Positions 37,697 to 48,926 of a stretch of 64,000 nt of DNA are shown one piece after another. The notes beneath the pieces were generated by a model that did no database searches, was not told the origin of the DNA, and was given only the letters and a program-made list of their open reading frames with translations. The first letter of the stretch is position 1. Each line of letters begins with the position of its first letter. This DNA comes from Trichosphaerium sp. ATCC 40318. Lineage: Eukaryota > Protista > Tubulinea. Both the position numbers and the translations under genes were made by a program. The DNA lies in the NCBI GenBank assembly GCA_038496445.1, contig JALMLS010000149.1:124001-188000 (forward strand), written 5' to 3'.

Positions 37697-40465
37697 TTAA
37701 ATCGTTTTTGATGTCCCGAACTTCTTATTCCAATCGTCATACTGATCACACTCCTCTGGAGCAACTGATGGTCTCATAGATGCAATTCTAAATAAAATAT
37801 TTGTACAAGAAAAAGTAATGAAACAACTTACGTTTTCTTAAAATCGGATACTGAAATAGGACGAAGTTGGTCTTTTGACATGATACTTGCGTCAACATTA
37901 GGATCTTCTCTAGCTTCACGAAGAGATACCATAGCTGCTTCACGTGATAGAAGAGCTAAATCAGCACCAGAGTATCCTACGTAGAGTGTCAATACTTCGT
38001 TTCGGAGCGCTACTAGTAGCGTACCAGTTGCAGTTTCGGCAATTTCTACAAAGTCTTCGTCTGTGAGATCAAAGTTTGCTCCATGCTTTGTGAGCATATG
38101 TTTTATTAGATGTATACGTGTTTCCACAGTCGGCAGAGGTACGTATATACGTCTAGTCTAGACAAGCCTTTTAGTATTACACTATTAAATAAAAAAAGTG
38201 GAATTAGATGTTTGTTTAGGACTTTTTACCATCCTTCTCCTTGCTGCTTCATCTAAATCCTGAGGCCTGTTGGTTGCTCCCATGACGGTCACGGAGTCGT
38301 CAGATGAACTAATTATGGTTACACTATTGGTAATAATGCTTCTCTTGCTAAGAAAGCCCAAAATAAAGAAAAACAACTTGCCTGCTAGCACCATCAAACG
38401 CTGACAAGAATTCTGTCTTCATTCTCCTTTCTCCTTCATTTTCGTCACTAGAACGTACACAAAGGATAGAATCAATCTCATCTATAAATATAAAAGAAGG
38501 TTGCTTTGCACGAGCAACGCCAAAAAGAGCCTAAATTGGACAGTTAACGAAGCGCCTTCAAATTTGGATAGCATACTTTAACCATCTTTTCACCTTCTCC
38601 TATCCATTTACTCATAAGACTTCCAGCTGAAATGCAAAAGAATGTCAAGTCTGCCTCAGTTGCTACTGCTTTAGCTATCAATGTTTTACCATTACCAGGT
38701 GGACCAAAAAGAAGCAAACCACGTGGTGGCGAATATAAGCCCTAACAAAAGAGAAAAAAGTCAACAAAAAAAGCTGTGGCTTGCTTCTTGGCAAGCTTAC
38801 TGTATATAACTCTGGATTTGCGGCTGGGTGTATTATCATATCTGCAAGAGCACTTTTCACATCTGATAGACCAGCTTGAGAACAAAAAAAGTGAGTAACA
38901 GGAGAGACTCTTTCTAAAAGAAGTCGTACCTATATCCTTAAATCGAACGTTTGGTGCACTGACTACAATTTCGCTTAATACGCGTCCAACTGCTGCAGGA
39001 TCAAGATTTTTATATGCAGGATACTCTGGATCGTCTGTTGGATCGTTAAACTTTTGCCTAAGGAATAATGGTTAAAAGTTACGTTCAACCAATCAAAATG
39101 TCAATATTACTTTTTAGCTGCAGGCTCGTCATCTTCTTCATCACGCTTAAAAGGTGTCTTAAATCCTCTTCTGCCTAAAGAGCAAACGTATGAGCACCAT
39201 TAAAGTCGTAAAGCGTCGAGTTCAGAACAGATTTTTGCTTGAACTAAATATCACATCCGTACGTTTTGGTGGCTTACGGACAGTCCCATTCTTAGCGTCA
39301 TCCTCACGCTTATTAAAAGTTTCAGTAAAAACACTTGCAACGAACTTTAGTACACATACCAGTTTGTTATAACCACTTGTGAAAGATGGTTTTGATTCCT
39401 TTTCTGGTTGAGGAGGAGCGGACTTTGGTGCAGAATAATTATTATTCTGATGCCTTGGTGCGGAATAATTAGTGTTATCATGCGCTTCTGCCATCTCAAC
39501 ATCGTAAGAAGAGGCACTAATAAAACGTTAAGAGGTTGGATATGAAGTATGTTATGAAGTAGGTAATAAAGAGAAAAGAGTGGTTTAAACGAGATGTACC
39601 TTGGTTGTGCGCCATAGTATATATTACGTTTAGGTCTGTTTCTGTAGTCCTTGGCTGGAAGTGTGCTTTTCACTTGCCTAGGACCTTTTGGAGCAGAACC
39701 GTTCATTCTTCCATTTGAAGTGCCTTGATTACTTCGATACGGCATCGGTTGGTTAGAACGGTTCGTATGAGACGTTGAATGCATTTCGTTCTTTATTTTT
39801 TGATTATAAGGCATTCTTCTTGGTTGTGTAGGTCTTGTTTGAGATGATTGATCAGGTTTTGAAGGAAACAGGTCTTTAAATATCGATGCGCTTATCTTAG
39901 GTTGTGTAGATGTCACTTGCCACGTTGTTGGCTTTTCAATTTCGAAGGGCTGAACGCTATAAGCCAAGAACAGCTTGTGAGATAGTCGTGTACCTTTTTT
40001 TGAAGTTGGGTTTTGACATACTTGTGTAAATCTTGTTGATATGCTAAAGAAACGTAATGAGTAAACGGTTCAAGTGTCAAATTTGTAGTTTGGCAAGTGT
40101 CAGATAAAAGAAAAAATTGTTGGCGACGAAGGCTACCTTTGGGTAAACTGGATGCTAGTTCATGATTATAATGCCTTGATATTTCTTTACAGCACTCAGA
40201 GGCGCTATTCTAAAGTTTGATCAGAAGGTACTGACGTCCAGTGTAGTTTGTATTGGCGTACATTTTTATGAGCGGTCATTTCAAGCTCTCCTATTAGTTC
40301 TCGAGCGTATGAGCATTTTGTAATCGGGTCTGTTGCATTCTCAAATAATTTCAATCGTTCTTGGAATCTAGATAGCGTTGGCGTGTTAGATGGCGCGTAG
40401 ATATAGCTATGAACGTACCCGTAGAATTGTAAGGGATCTACGTTAAATACAAAATCACCGTCCAT
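37697..40465 (-). CDS. FIGNL1: Fidgetin-like AAA+ ATPase
   Basis: [53 protein letters not shown]; N-terminal SFTSG and GFKTPF motifs. Confidence 0.85.
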
Positions 40466-40604
40466 TGATATATTCGTTCTAGGTGTATAGCACTAATATT
40501 ATGGTTGATTGATAGATGCAGGACGTAGTTTACGACTACGGCAATCAAAAATATGTTTCCAGGCTACACAGCCGTAGTGTTTACTGTCAGTGCCTTTGTT
40601 AAAC

Positions 40605-40613
40605 TTTTGGCGG
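40605..40613. promoter_or_regulatory. E2F-like site TTTTGGCGG between FIGNL1 and DCTN3
   Basis: Matches WTTSSCSS, about 140 bp upstream of the FIGNL1 ATG. Confidence 0.3.
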
Positions 40614-40770
40614 CCAATTTAGCGTTAAAACAGACTTAACCCGACGCTTAAACTGAACTGGAATTTAGTAGTAGGCGGTCCGAGACGGCGTCAGGTTGCT
40701 ACATTTGTGAGTAATTGTAGAAAGTAAACGGATAATTTTGACATACACAGTACTCCGTTGATTGCGCTCC

Positions 40771-41455
40771 ATGAATAGTCTAGAAGCCCGCCTAGAGCAT
40801 CTGGAATTGTGCACTGGCATTTCACCTACAAAACCAATTGATGATACTATAGGTAAGCGCTCCGTACTGAATATCTTGTAACCAACAAAATAATAGCCGA
40901 TCGAACAGAAAATATAGAAAAAGAATGGCAAGGGATGAAAGATACCTACCCAGCGATCAAAACATTTGTAGAGCATTGTACGATGCTTTTTGTGGTGAAG
41001 AGACGCTAAAATATTTAGATGACATCTTAAAAACGCGTCTTATCGATAAAATGGAAGTAAGACTCATGGATGTTAGCGCTAAAGTAGAATTAATGAATTT
41101 ACATGAAGACAGAGCTGAAAAACTGGGAGAAAAATGTTCAAAAGTGAAAGAGCTTGAACCCTTCATAGACACTCCAGAGGTTGCCGGTGCGCTTTATAAA
41201 AACCAAACTAATTACAATGCATGAGCTAACATCAAACAATCAGGAGTCTCAAAGCACGTGACAAAGCTAGAAAACTTGGAAAAATTACAAGTGACGTCCG
41301 TCAAAGGTCCTCAAGAGCAACTTACAAAAGATATTGATACGTTCATGTTAAAGTATAATCTGATGATGGATAATATATCAAAACAGTTTATAAGGTTTGA
41401 TAATATTTTAAATAGACTAGAAAAAAAGTGTGATGAGATAAAGTCAGAGCAATAA
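40771..41455 (+). CDS. DCTN3: Dynactin subunit 3 (p22/p24)
   Basis: MNSLEARLEHLE.., KVKELEPFIDT, KYNLMMDNISKQFIRFDNIL; three introns keep frame. Confidence 0.72.
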
Positions 41456-41660
41456 ACAAACAACATTTTTTAAAAAACACAAAAGAACAGTTCACGTTTT
41501 TGTTATTGTTCTTAGTTGTCAACTTGTTTTCTTTCAGTAATGCTGGTATATACTTTTGGAAGTTTAACGACTTGATTGCCGCGCAATCTTTTGTGAAAAT
41601 TACTTTAAAGGTTAGAAAGGCAAGTTCGTTTTACAAAGGTATTGTTATTTTCTGGTTTTT

Positions 41661-43657
41661 TTAAATATAGTCATTAGTTGGCTTAGAAAGTATTTGAATA
41701 TGTTGAAGGATCATCATCTCTGCGTCCTCATTTTTAGATAGACGTGCTTCCTGTAATGGAGTAACACCATCATCATTTCTAAGTTGAAGATTCTCTTTTG
41801 TCTGCGTGTTAAGAAACTGCTTTAAAATTGCAAGCTGGTTTGCTAATGTGCTGTTAGTATGTAAAACCATTTGTATCTCATACCTTTTATTAGAGCATGT
41901 ATTATATAATCACCAGTTCCGCTTTTCATATCACCCCTGACGTTAGCCTTGAATAGATCTATTATAGCGTTTGCGTTTCTGTGATAGATTGCTGTGAATA
42001 AAGGTGTATTTCCTTTAACATCTAAATCATCCTTATGTTTCTGTACTTCAGGATACTTCAATAACTCTCTTATCATAATATCTTCACCGCTTTCAGCTGC
42101 TCTGTGCAATGGAGTTCTCACTAAACAAACGTCAAAAGGGTTTCTACATAGCAAAAAAAAAAGACACTAAAAACAAGTACTCATTGAATCTAAAGCAATA
42201 AGCGATGCTCCATTCTTCGCAAGTAAAGTTACCATTTCAGGGTAATCTCCATCACAAGCGTGATGTAATGGGGTTTCCTTGGCAAAATAAATCAGCCTTA
42301 TAGCACTAATGAGTTGAGAGTAACCGTACAAGTTCAGCATTAGTTACATTTGGATCCTGGCCTCGTTTCAACAGCATAGATACCAGTTCCACATTTCCTT
42401 TCTTTGCAGCCATGTGTATAGGCATTTTACCGTCATATACCTCGTTCGCAGAACCAACATCTTTGTCGCTTTCAACAATAATTGATGCTGCAGCTTTATG
42501 GTCGTTTTCCAAAGCAGCATGAAGTGGAGACTGATTTGTGACTGCAGGTTGAGTCATGTCCGCGCTTACGAACAGTATTAATATAATATATCTTACTTTA
42601 CACACTAGCATACCCTTTCTTAGATAACATTTTTACTAGTGTTGTATGGCCCTCTTTTGCTGCGTAATGTAGCGGAGAAGCGTTATTATGATCAACTAAA
42701 GTTGCATCGGCACCTAAATTGTTAATGAAATGATAACAATTGAATGACCGTACCATTCTTTAATAATACAACTGCTGTTTTTATTAAACCTCCAGAAGCC
42801 GCAAGATGAAGTGGTGTCAAACCGAGACTATCTTTTTCATTTACTAGAAAGGTATTAGTATATTTAAAGTAAAGACAAACAAATGTAGTGCAAATTAAGA
42901 AATTGCGAACCTTTAGCACCATACTGTATTAATACCTCGACAACCTTTGGAAATCCTTTCTCAGAAGCAATGTGAAGTGGAGTGAGCACTATCAAACAAA
43001 AAAATTAATAATCAACGGAGAAAAAGGACTATGTTTTGAAATTGCAATGTGTCAAATGTCATTTCATTTTTTCAAATGTCACATTTCTTACTTCTTTCAC
43101 TGACTCCCTTGTTGACATTTGCTTTTTTTTTAAGGAGAAAATCAACGTTTTGTAATCTACCCTCAAACGTTGCTGCATGTAAAGGAGTGGTTCCAAGAGA
43201 ATTGACTCTATTCAGATCTTTTTTGAATTTCGGAAAATTAGAAACTAAATCACCATGTGATCCGTTTTGCGCCATAAAATGCAACATTCCGGTTCTTTTA
43301 ATCTCTTTGTATTGTTTTAATAATTTCTAAACGAGTTTAGACCATACTTTGTTGTGTGAACTTACCTGTAGTTCAGGATCTGATCTTTGGGCATACAATT
43401 GTCTCTTACGTGCTCTAAACCAATGTATAAGCGTTTTGGTTTAACGTGAGCCAAAATACCTTCTTTCGAACGAGGTATTAGCTGGACGAATAGGATCCTT
43501 CTTTTTGACGGGTTTTACAGGTTCCTTACGTGCACTTAAAGGCGGTACTGCTTTTGAGCGCTGTGCCTTTGGTATTGATGCCCCAGGCGTGCGCAGGACT
43601 CTGCTTGTAACAATTTAAACTTGGAATAATGCCAAAATCGTAACAATACCTTCGCAT
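41661..43657 (-). CDS. Ankyrin-repeat protein
   Basis: Many TPLH-type motifs (GTTPLHAA, GLTPLHLAA, SPLHYAA, RTPLHRAA, GNTPLFTA). Confidence 0.9.
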
Positions 43658-43833
43658 TACTCTATATATGTTTGTTCACTTATACTACGCACTGGCACAC
43701 GTTTCTCAACTCGTACAGATTTTATACCAGCTTAATACTGATTAAGACTTAACCGGTCATTTATTTTATTTTACGCCTTTCTAATTGATCTTTCAACATA
43801 ATAAACCATACAAAATTATAGAACACTAGGTGC

Positions 43834-44823
43834 TCACATGTCTAATTCAATATCTCCTGACATGTTTTCAAAACTTGAAGAATCCTCTTCCTCAGCAGCT
43901 GTCAGCTCTCCATCATAGTACTCATCTACAAGAGCTTGTGTTCCATCGCTACTATCATCTGCTAGCGCATCTATGTTTTCGACATCAACAGGTGGCCTGT
44001 TTTTGGCAACCTCTAACAAGTGGCGTTTTACAATACGTTGAGCATACTGATAAAAATAAGTAAGCAATGGCAATCGATCTTGAAGTATCGTACAATGTTA
44101 CTCTTGTAAAAGAAATCAAATACGTCTCCTATTACAGGTATACTAATTGAGCAGTGAGTATAAATTGTGTAAGTAAGTTGTTGATACCTTCCTAGGAGCC
44201 AATCAATAGCAATGTGAAGTACAATTTTAGTGCAACCCCAGCAGCTCACTCCCTATATCAATCTTAAGATATCAAGCGAATGTAATGTGTTCGTACTGCT
44301 ATGATGGCTTGTGCGAGGATGTATATAGCCATAACCAAGGTTATCAAGTCACCCACAACTGGTAACACAAGACCTAATACTGGATCTACAATTTCTTGAT
44401 TAGAGGCTGTAGTTAAGATGAGCTATGTACGTACCCAGGCCAACACCACAACAACAACCGCATACGCTATCCTGTGAGAACTGTCAACTCTAACCGTTTG
44501 CAAAAATTGTAGAATCACTTACTAAAAAACGAGCCATGTATTTAACGGACTTGTACGCTATTTGTTGTGTTAAAGGTAGTCTAGGAAGTAATTTTAATAA
44601 AGATAGGCGTTCATCATTTTCCGCACCTCGGAAAGTAGTCTTTGAGCTTGTCTCCTGCTTTTTCAACGAGTTCTTCCTTTATTTCTTCGGGGCTGTTGTT
44701 TTTCATCATTCTCGATACTTCCCGCAGCTTTGTTTGCGTTTTTTCGCTATTCAGCCTATCCCTAAGAGACTTTTTGGACTCCGAGCGTTTGTCGCTACGA
44801 CTTGACTCCGCACTATGTTCCAT
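43834..44823 (-). CDS. DUF4112-family membrane protein
   Basis: YMARFLDS..VGLDPVLGLVLPVVGDLI..IDWLLGSIPVIGDVFDFFYKSN. Confidence 0.82.
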
Positions 44824-44930
44824 GTTGTATTTATCGCTGTGTTGCACCGCTGTATGGCCGTTGCAGTAAGTCGTTAATAAATGACTTAACAGATTGACCT
44901 AGAACTACACTTCGAGCCTTGGTGGTGATA

Positions 44931-46999
44931 ATGATATCCGCTGTGTTGGTGTTAGCGCCTACAGTTGTATATTTTTGCTTTGGATGGATTTTCTTCAACA
45001 GAGTACGTATAATTGCCATCTATAGCGTATAAACAGTGAATTATCGCTGTAGTTATATTATAACTCACCGAATAACAAAATACTGTTTGTTTTCTCTTAG
45101 CGACGTAAAATACGCTAACACTAGCACCACAGGCGCTTTTTACATATTATCACATAACAACCAAGCTGCCTCAAGTGGCATTCTCCCTTACATTTACAAT
45201 TGGTTGTTCTATGTTTCAATTACTCATTTTTGAAATAATAGATGTTTCAGATAGAAAGCACGTGGACCACGTCGACTGTTTTTGTTTGGAAAAAAATCAT
45301 TCCGAAAAGATTGCTAATTCCCATTTTGTAGTTACCGATGGATCCATTGGAAGGCGAATTTATACACAATGCTAGCTCTGAGTATTGTAGTGTTTCCAAT
45401 CTATCAGTTTTTTTTGCTGTCAGCAGGGATTAGTACGGAAAAACTTTCGTTTAGTGAAATGTGCATGTAATAATTTTCTATTTAGCACGAAATGTTATGT
45501 CGAGAACTGCACTTACACTTGTGATGCAAGTTATATTTTTATTGGGATTCTGGAAACTAGGTGACTTATTTCCTCTGTTAAAACAACAAACAGGTAGGGA
45601 ACCATCGTAAAATTAGTTGCTCCTGGAATTTACTTGTTTTTATGACTCTAGGTGTCTTCTCGTTTGAGATGGGTATCAGTCGTATAGGAATTATTGGTGT
45701 ATCAATACTAGCAACTCTCTCAGGTAAGCAGCCATTGACAGCTTTAACCCTGCGTACTCAGTTAATTAACGTAAAATCTGCAGGGTATGGAGCTATTAAT
45801 TTCCCAGCAACAAATATGTCTTTGCTGTTAAAACCAATAGACGCTAGTCAAGTTTCAGAAGCTGCGTCATCATTGAGGTTAACCCTTGATAATATTCGAC
45901 GGGCAAAGCATCAAGCAGCACGAACTAAACTGAATTCAAGGCGTCACAAACAAAAATCAAAGGGCTTTTTTTCTGGCTGGTTTTCTTCACCAAGTGAAGC
46001 TGAGTTCTCTGCGAAATCTATTGAAAGAGAAGAAAGCCTAGCCCAAGAACTATTCCTTAACTATCATTATCTAAAAACACAACATGCTTCGTACAAGAGG
46101 TAAGAAGACAAAAAAAAAGTAAAAATATTATCTTACAAACGTTAGAGCCAATCAAACCATTTTAGGCAAACTTCGAAATTTTGCTTCCTACTTTCTTACA
46201 GCGTACTGCTGTTGGAAATTAGGAATGTCCACTATCAATGTATTACTAAGGCGTAAGCGTGGTATTGATCCTGTGACACGATTTATGGGTATAGCACTGA
46301 CATTTGTAAGTTATAATAGCAAACCATAAATTAATTTCATTTTAGTTGCAACTTAACATTGATGTGGAACAATGGGCTCAATTATTTTCCTTCATGCTAA
46401 TAGGCATCATGATTGTTGTTTCTATTAGAGGCTTCTTAAATAATATGATGAAGGTATCCATCAAACAAAGTTACACAAGAATGGCTGACTTTTTTTTCTA
46501 GCTATTTAGAGCTTTTAGCAGCAATGAGAGTTCTAACTCAGTAGTGGTATTTATGGCTTGGATTATGGGCATATACTTTGTCTCAACACTTATACTTATT
46601 CGAGTAAACCTACCAGTATCATATAGGGCGAATGTGATGGCTGTTCTGGGTGATATAAAATTTGACTTCTATGACAGATGGTTTGATGTCATATTTGTAA
46701 TTTCTGCTTCCTCCACTATAGGTTCGCTGAAATCCAACAAATTCTTTTTAAAGCTCACACAACGTAGCTGTTAAGAGAGTAGCGCAGATGTTGTGGTAGC
46801 AATTGCGAAAAGAGGAACTGCAGATCTTAGAACTTTGGCAACTCTAACCTTTAACAAAAAAGCGCTTTTAGTATGTGCTTACGACATGAACTGTTCAACT
46901 GAACAACTTTGTACATTACAACTGAAGAAAAATATCATCTACGCCAATAAACTCAAACACAACTGGCCAAAGAAATTGGTGAAACGTGTTTTTTGTTGA
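44931..46999 (+). CDS. GPR89: Golgi pH regulator / GPR89 (GTG-like); 3' end uncertain
   Basis: [81 protein letters not shown]. Confidence 0.9.
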
Positions 47000-47110
47000 A
47001 TTGTAAAGACCTTTCGTGAGTCACTACAACGCGTTTTATGAGCGTTTAACAGGGCGACAATCTCTAATTAGGCAACAACGTAATTATACTAAGCAAGATA
47101 AAAGTAGACA

Positions 47111-48756
47111 ATGCTTTTTGAACTGTTTACAAGCGTTGTATGCTTTTTTATTATTTTACGGGTTGTGGGGTACTTTCTACGCAATAACAAGGCTCCATAC
47201 AAAGCTTTGGTTATACTTGGTTCAGGTACATCGATGACTCAGCACATCACCAACCGCGCATAGGTGGTCACACAACGGAGATGTTTCGCTTCTTAGCTAC
47301 TTTACCTTCGAATTTTTGTTATCCAAGTGTCTACGTTATGGCAAACACCGATAAAGGTACTCACCTACGCATGGCGTAACTGAAAAACGTAAGGGAGCCA
47401 AGCAAAAGTTCTAGAATTTGAAAATAATAAAAAACGCAAAGAACGTGCCACGTGCTACAAAATACCAAGAAGTCGCGAAGTACGCTTTGGAAAAAAACAA
47501 TGGTAGTTCTACAAGCTCAAACAAAAATGACAGGTCAATCAATCTTACTTTTCCTCCATTTTCACGACATTGTACGCTGTAATACCAAGTTTATCAATAT
47601 TAATATGGGAACGTCCGGATATTGTACGTCATTTGCTATGCAACTTTGATTTAAATTCTGTCATTGACATGGCGTTTAGGTTTTCGCTAATGGTCCAGGA
47701 ACTTGTGTTCCTTTATGCTTACTAGCGTATATGTTACGTGTACGACCTTTCTATGAGGCTATTTTACGTTATGTTGTAGTTAACAATGTATTTAAGGTTG
47801 TTGGTCTTCTGAATACAAAGATTGTACTATCGGAAAGTTTTGCATGTGTACATCATTTATCGCTTACTACAAAAATACTACAACACTTTGTTGATCTATT
47901 GACTGTTCAATGGCCTCAATTACTTAATCTGGTTCCAAAAGCAATCTATACAGGCGTGGAGGATTCAAAAAAATCAGGCGAAAGAAAAAGGGACTCATCT
48001 GGTTATGTACTTATAACAGTTGGATCAACAAAATTCGAACAACTCATTGAGACAGTTGATAATATATCATTTTTACGATCTCTTAAACAAATGGGTTATT
48101 CAGGTATACACGTGCAAAAAGGTACGTACCACGTGTTGACTTTTTGGTACAGTGAAAATGGGTTTTTTTAAGCTTCTCGCATTGTGAAGTGTTCTAAAGT
48201 AAACCCCAATTAGGCAAGGGTAAGTATATGCCAAAGATTATAAAGGATGGCGTACTTCCTGATTTTGAGTGTGCAGTATACGATTACTTGCCGTCGCTTG
48301 CAGATGAAATGAAAGGCGCAGGTCTTGTTATAGGGCATGCAGGTAAACAGATTTTATTTCATTAAATCCTTTTTGTTAAGACTCACTTCTAGGTGCTGGT
48401 ACTATTCTAGAAGTGCTGGGGATGGGTAAAGATTTAGTAGTAGTCCCAAACAACACGCTTATGCGTAACCACCAAAAAGATATAGCAAAAGAATTGGTAC
48501 CAACAGCTTTCTTTGAACTAAACGAAAAACTGTCACGAAAACTTTGTTGCAACAATCTTATTCCATATTTAATTTTTTGTCTAACTTTTGGTCTGTCTAG
48601 GCAGAACATAACTACTTGGTTTATGTAGAATGTGATGATTTAGTTAAAGAGTTTGAGACGTTACAGTTTTCTTCTATTTGTAAATTTCCAACGGAAGCGT
48701 CAAGTAAATTCAGGATAGGGGTTGAAGCTCTATTTTGTAAACAAAAAACAACGTAA
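47111..48756 (+). CDS. ALG14: Fused UDP-GlcNAc transferase ALG14-ALG13
   Basis: TM + LGSGGHTTEM, IPRSREV, NGPGTCVP, ESFAC..VQWPQL (Alg14) in the same exon and frame as VLITVGSTKF, followed by GHAGAGTILE, VVPNNTLMRNHQ (Alg13). Confidence 0.92.
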
Positions 48757-48926
48757 AAATATTCATAAAAAGAAAAAAAGTCAAAGTGTGTCTGTTTTCC
48801 GTTGCACTATATTCCGTTCCGCAAACAGACAGCGTAATATAGCAACTACTATCACTGCTGTTATATTGTCAGCTTCATAAACGAGATTAAAACTTTATAC
48901 ATTTGGCCCAACGCCAAAACGCTCAA

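Noticed and set aside
46454-46501. GTATCC donor as a U12-type intron
   Set aside because: Reads GTATCCAT rather than RTATCCTT, with no TCCTTAAC branch site
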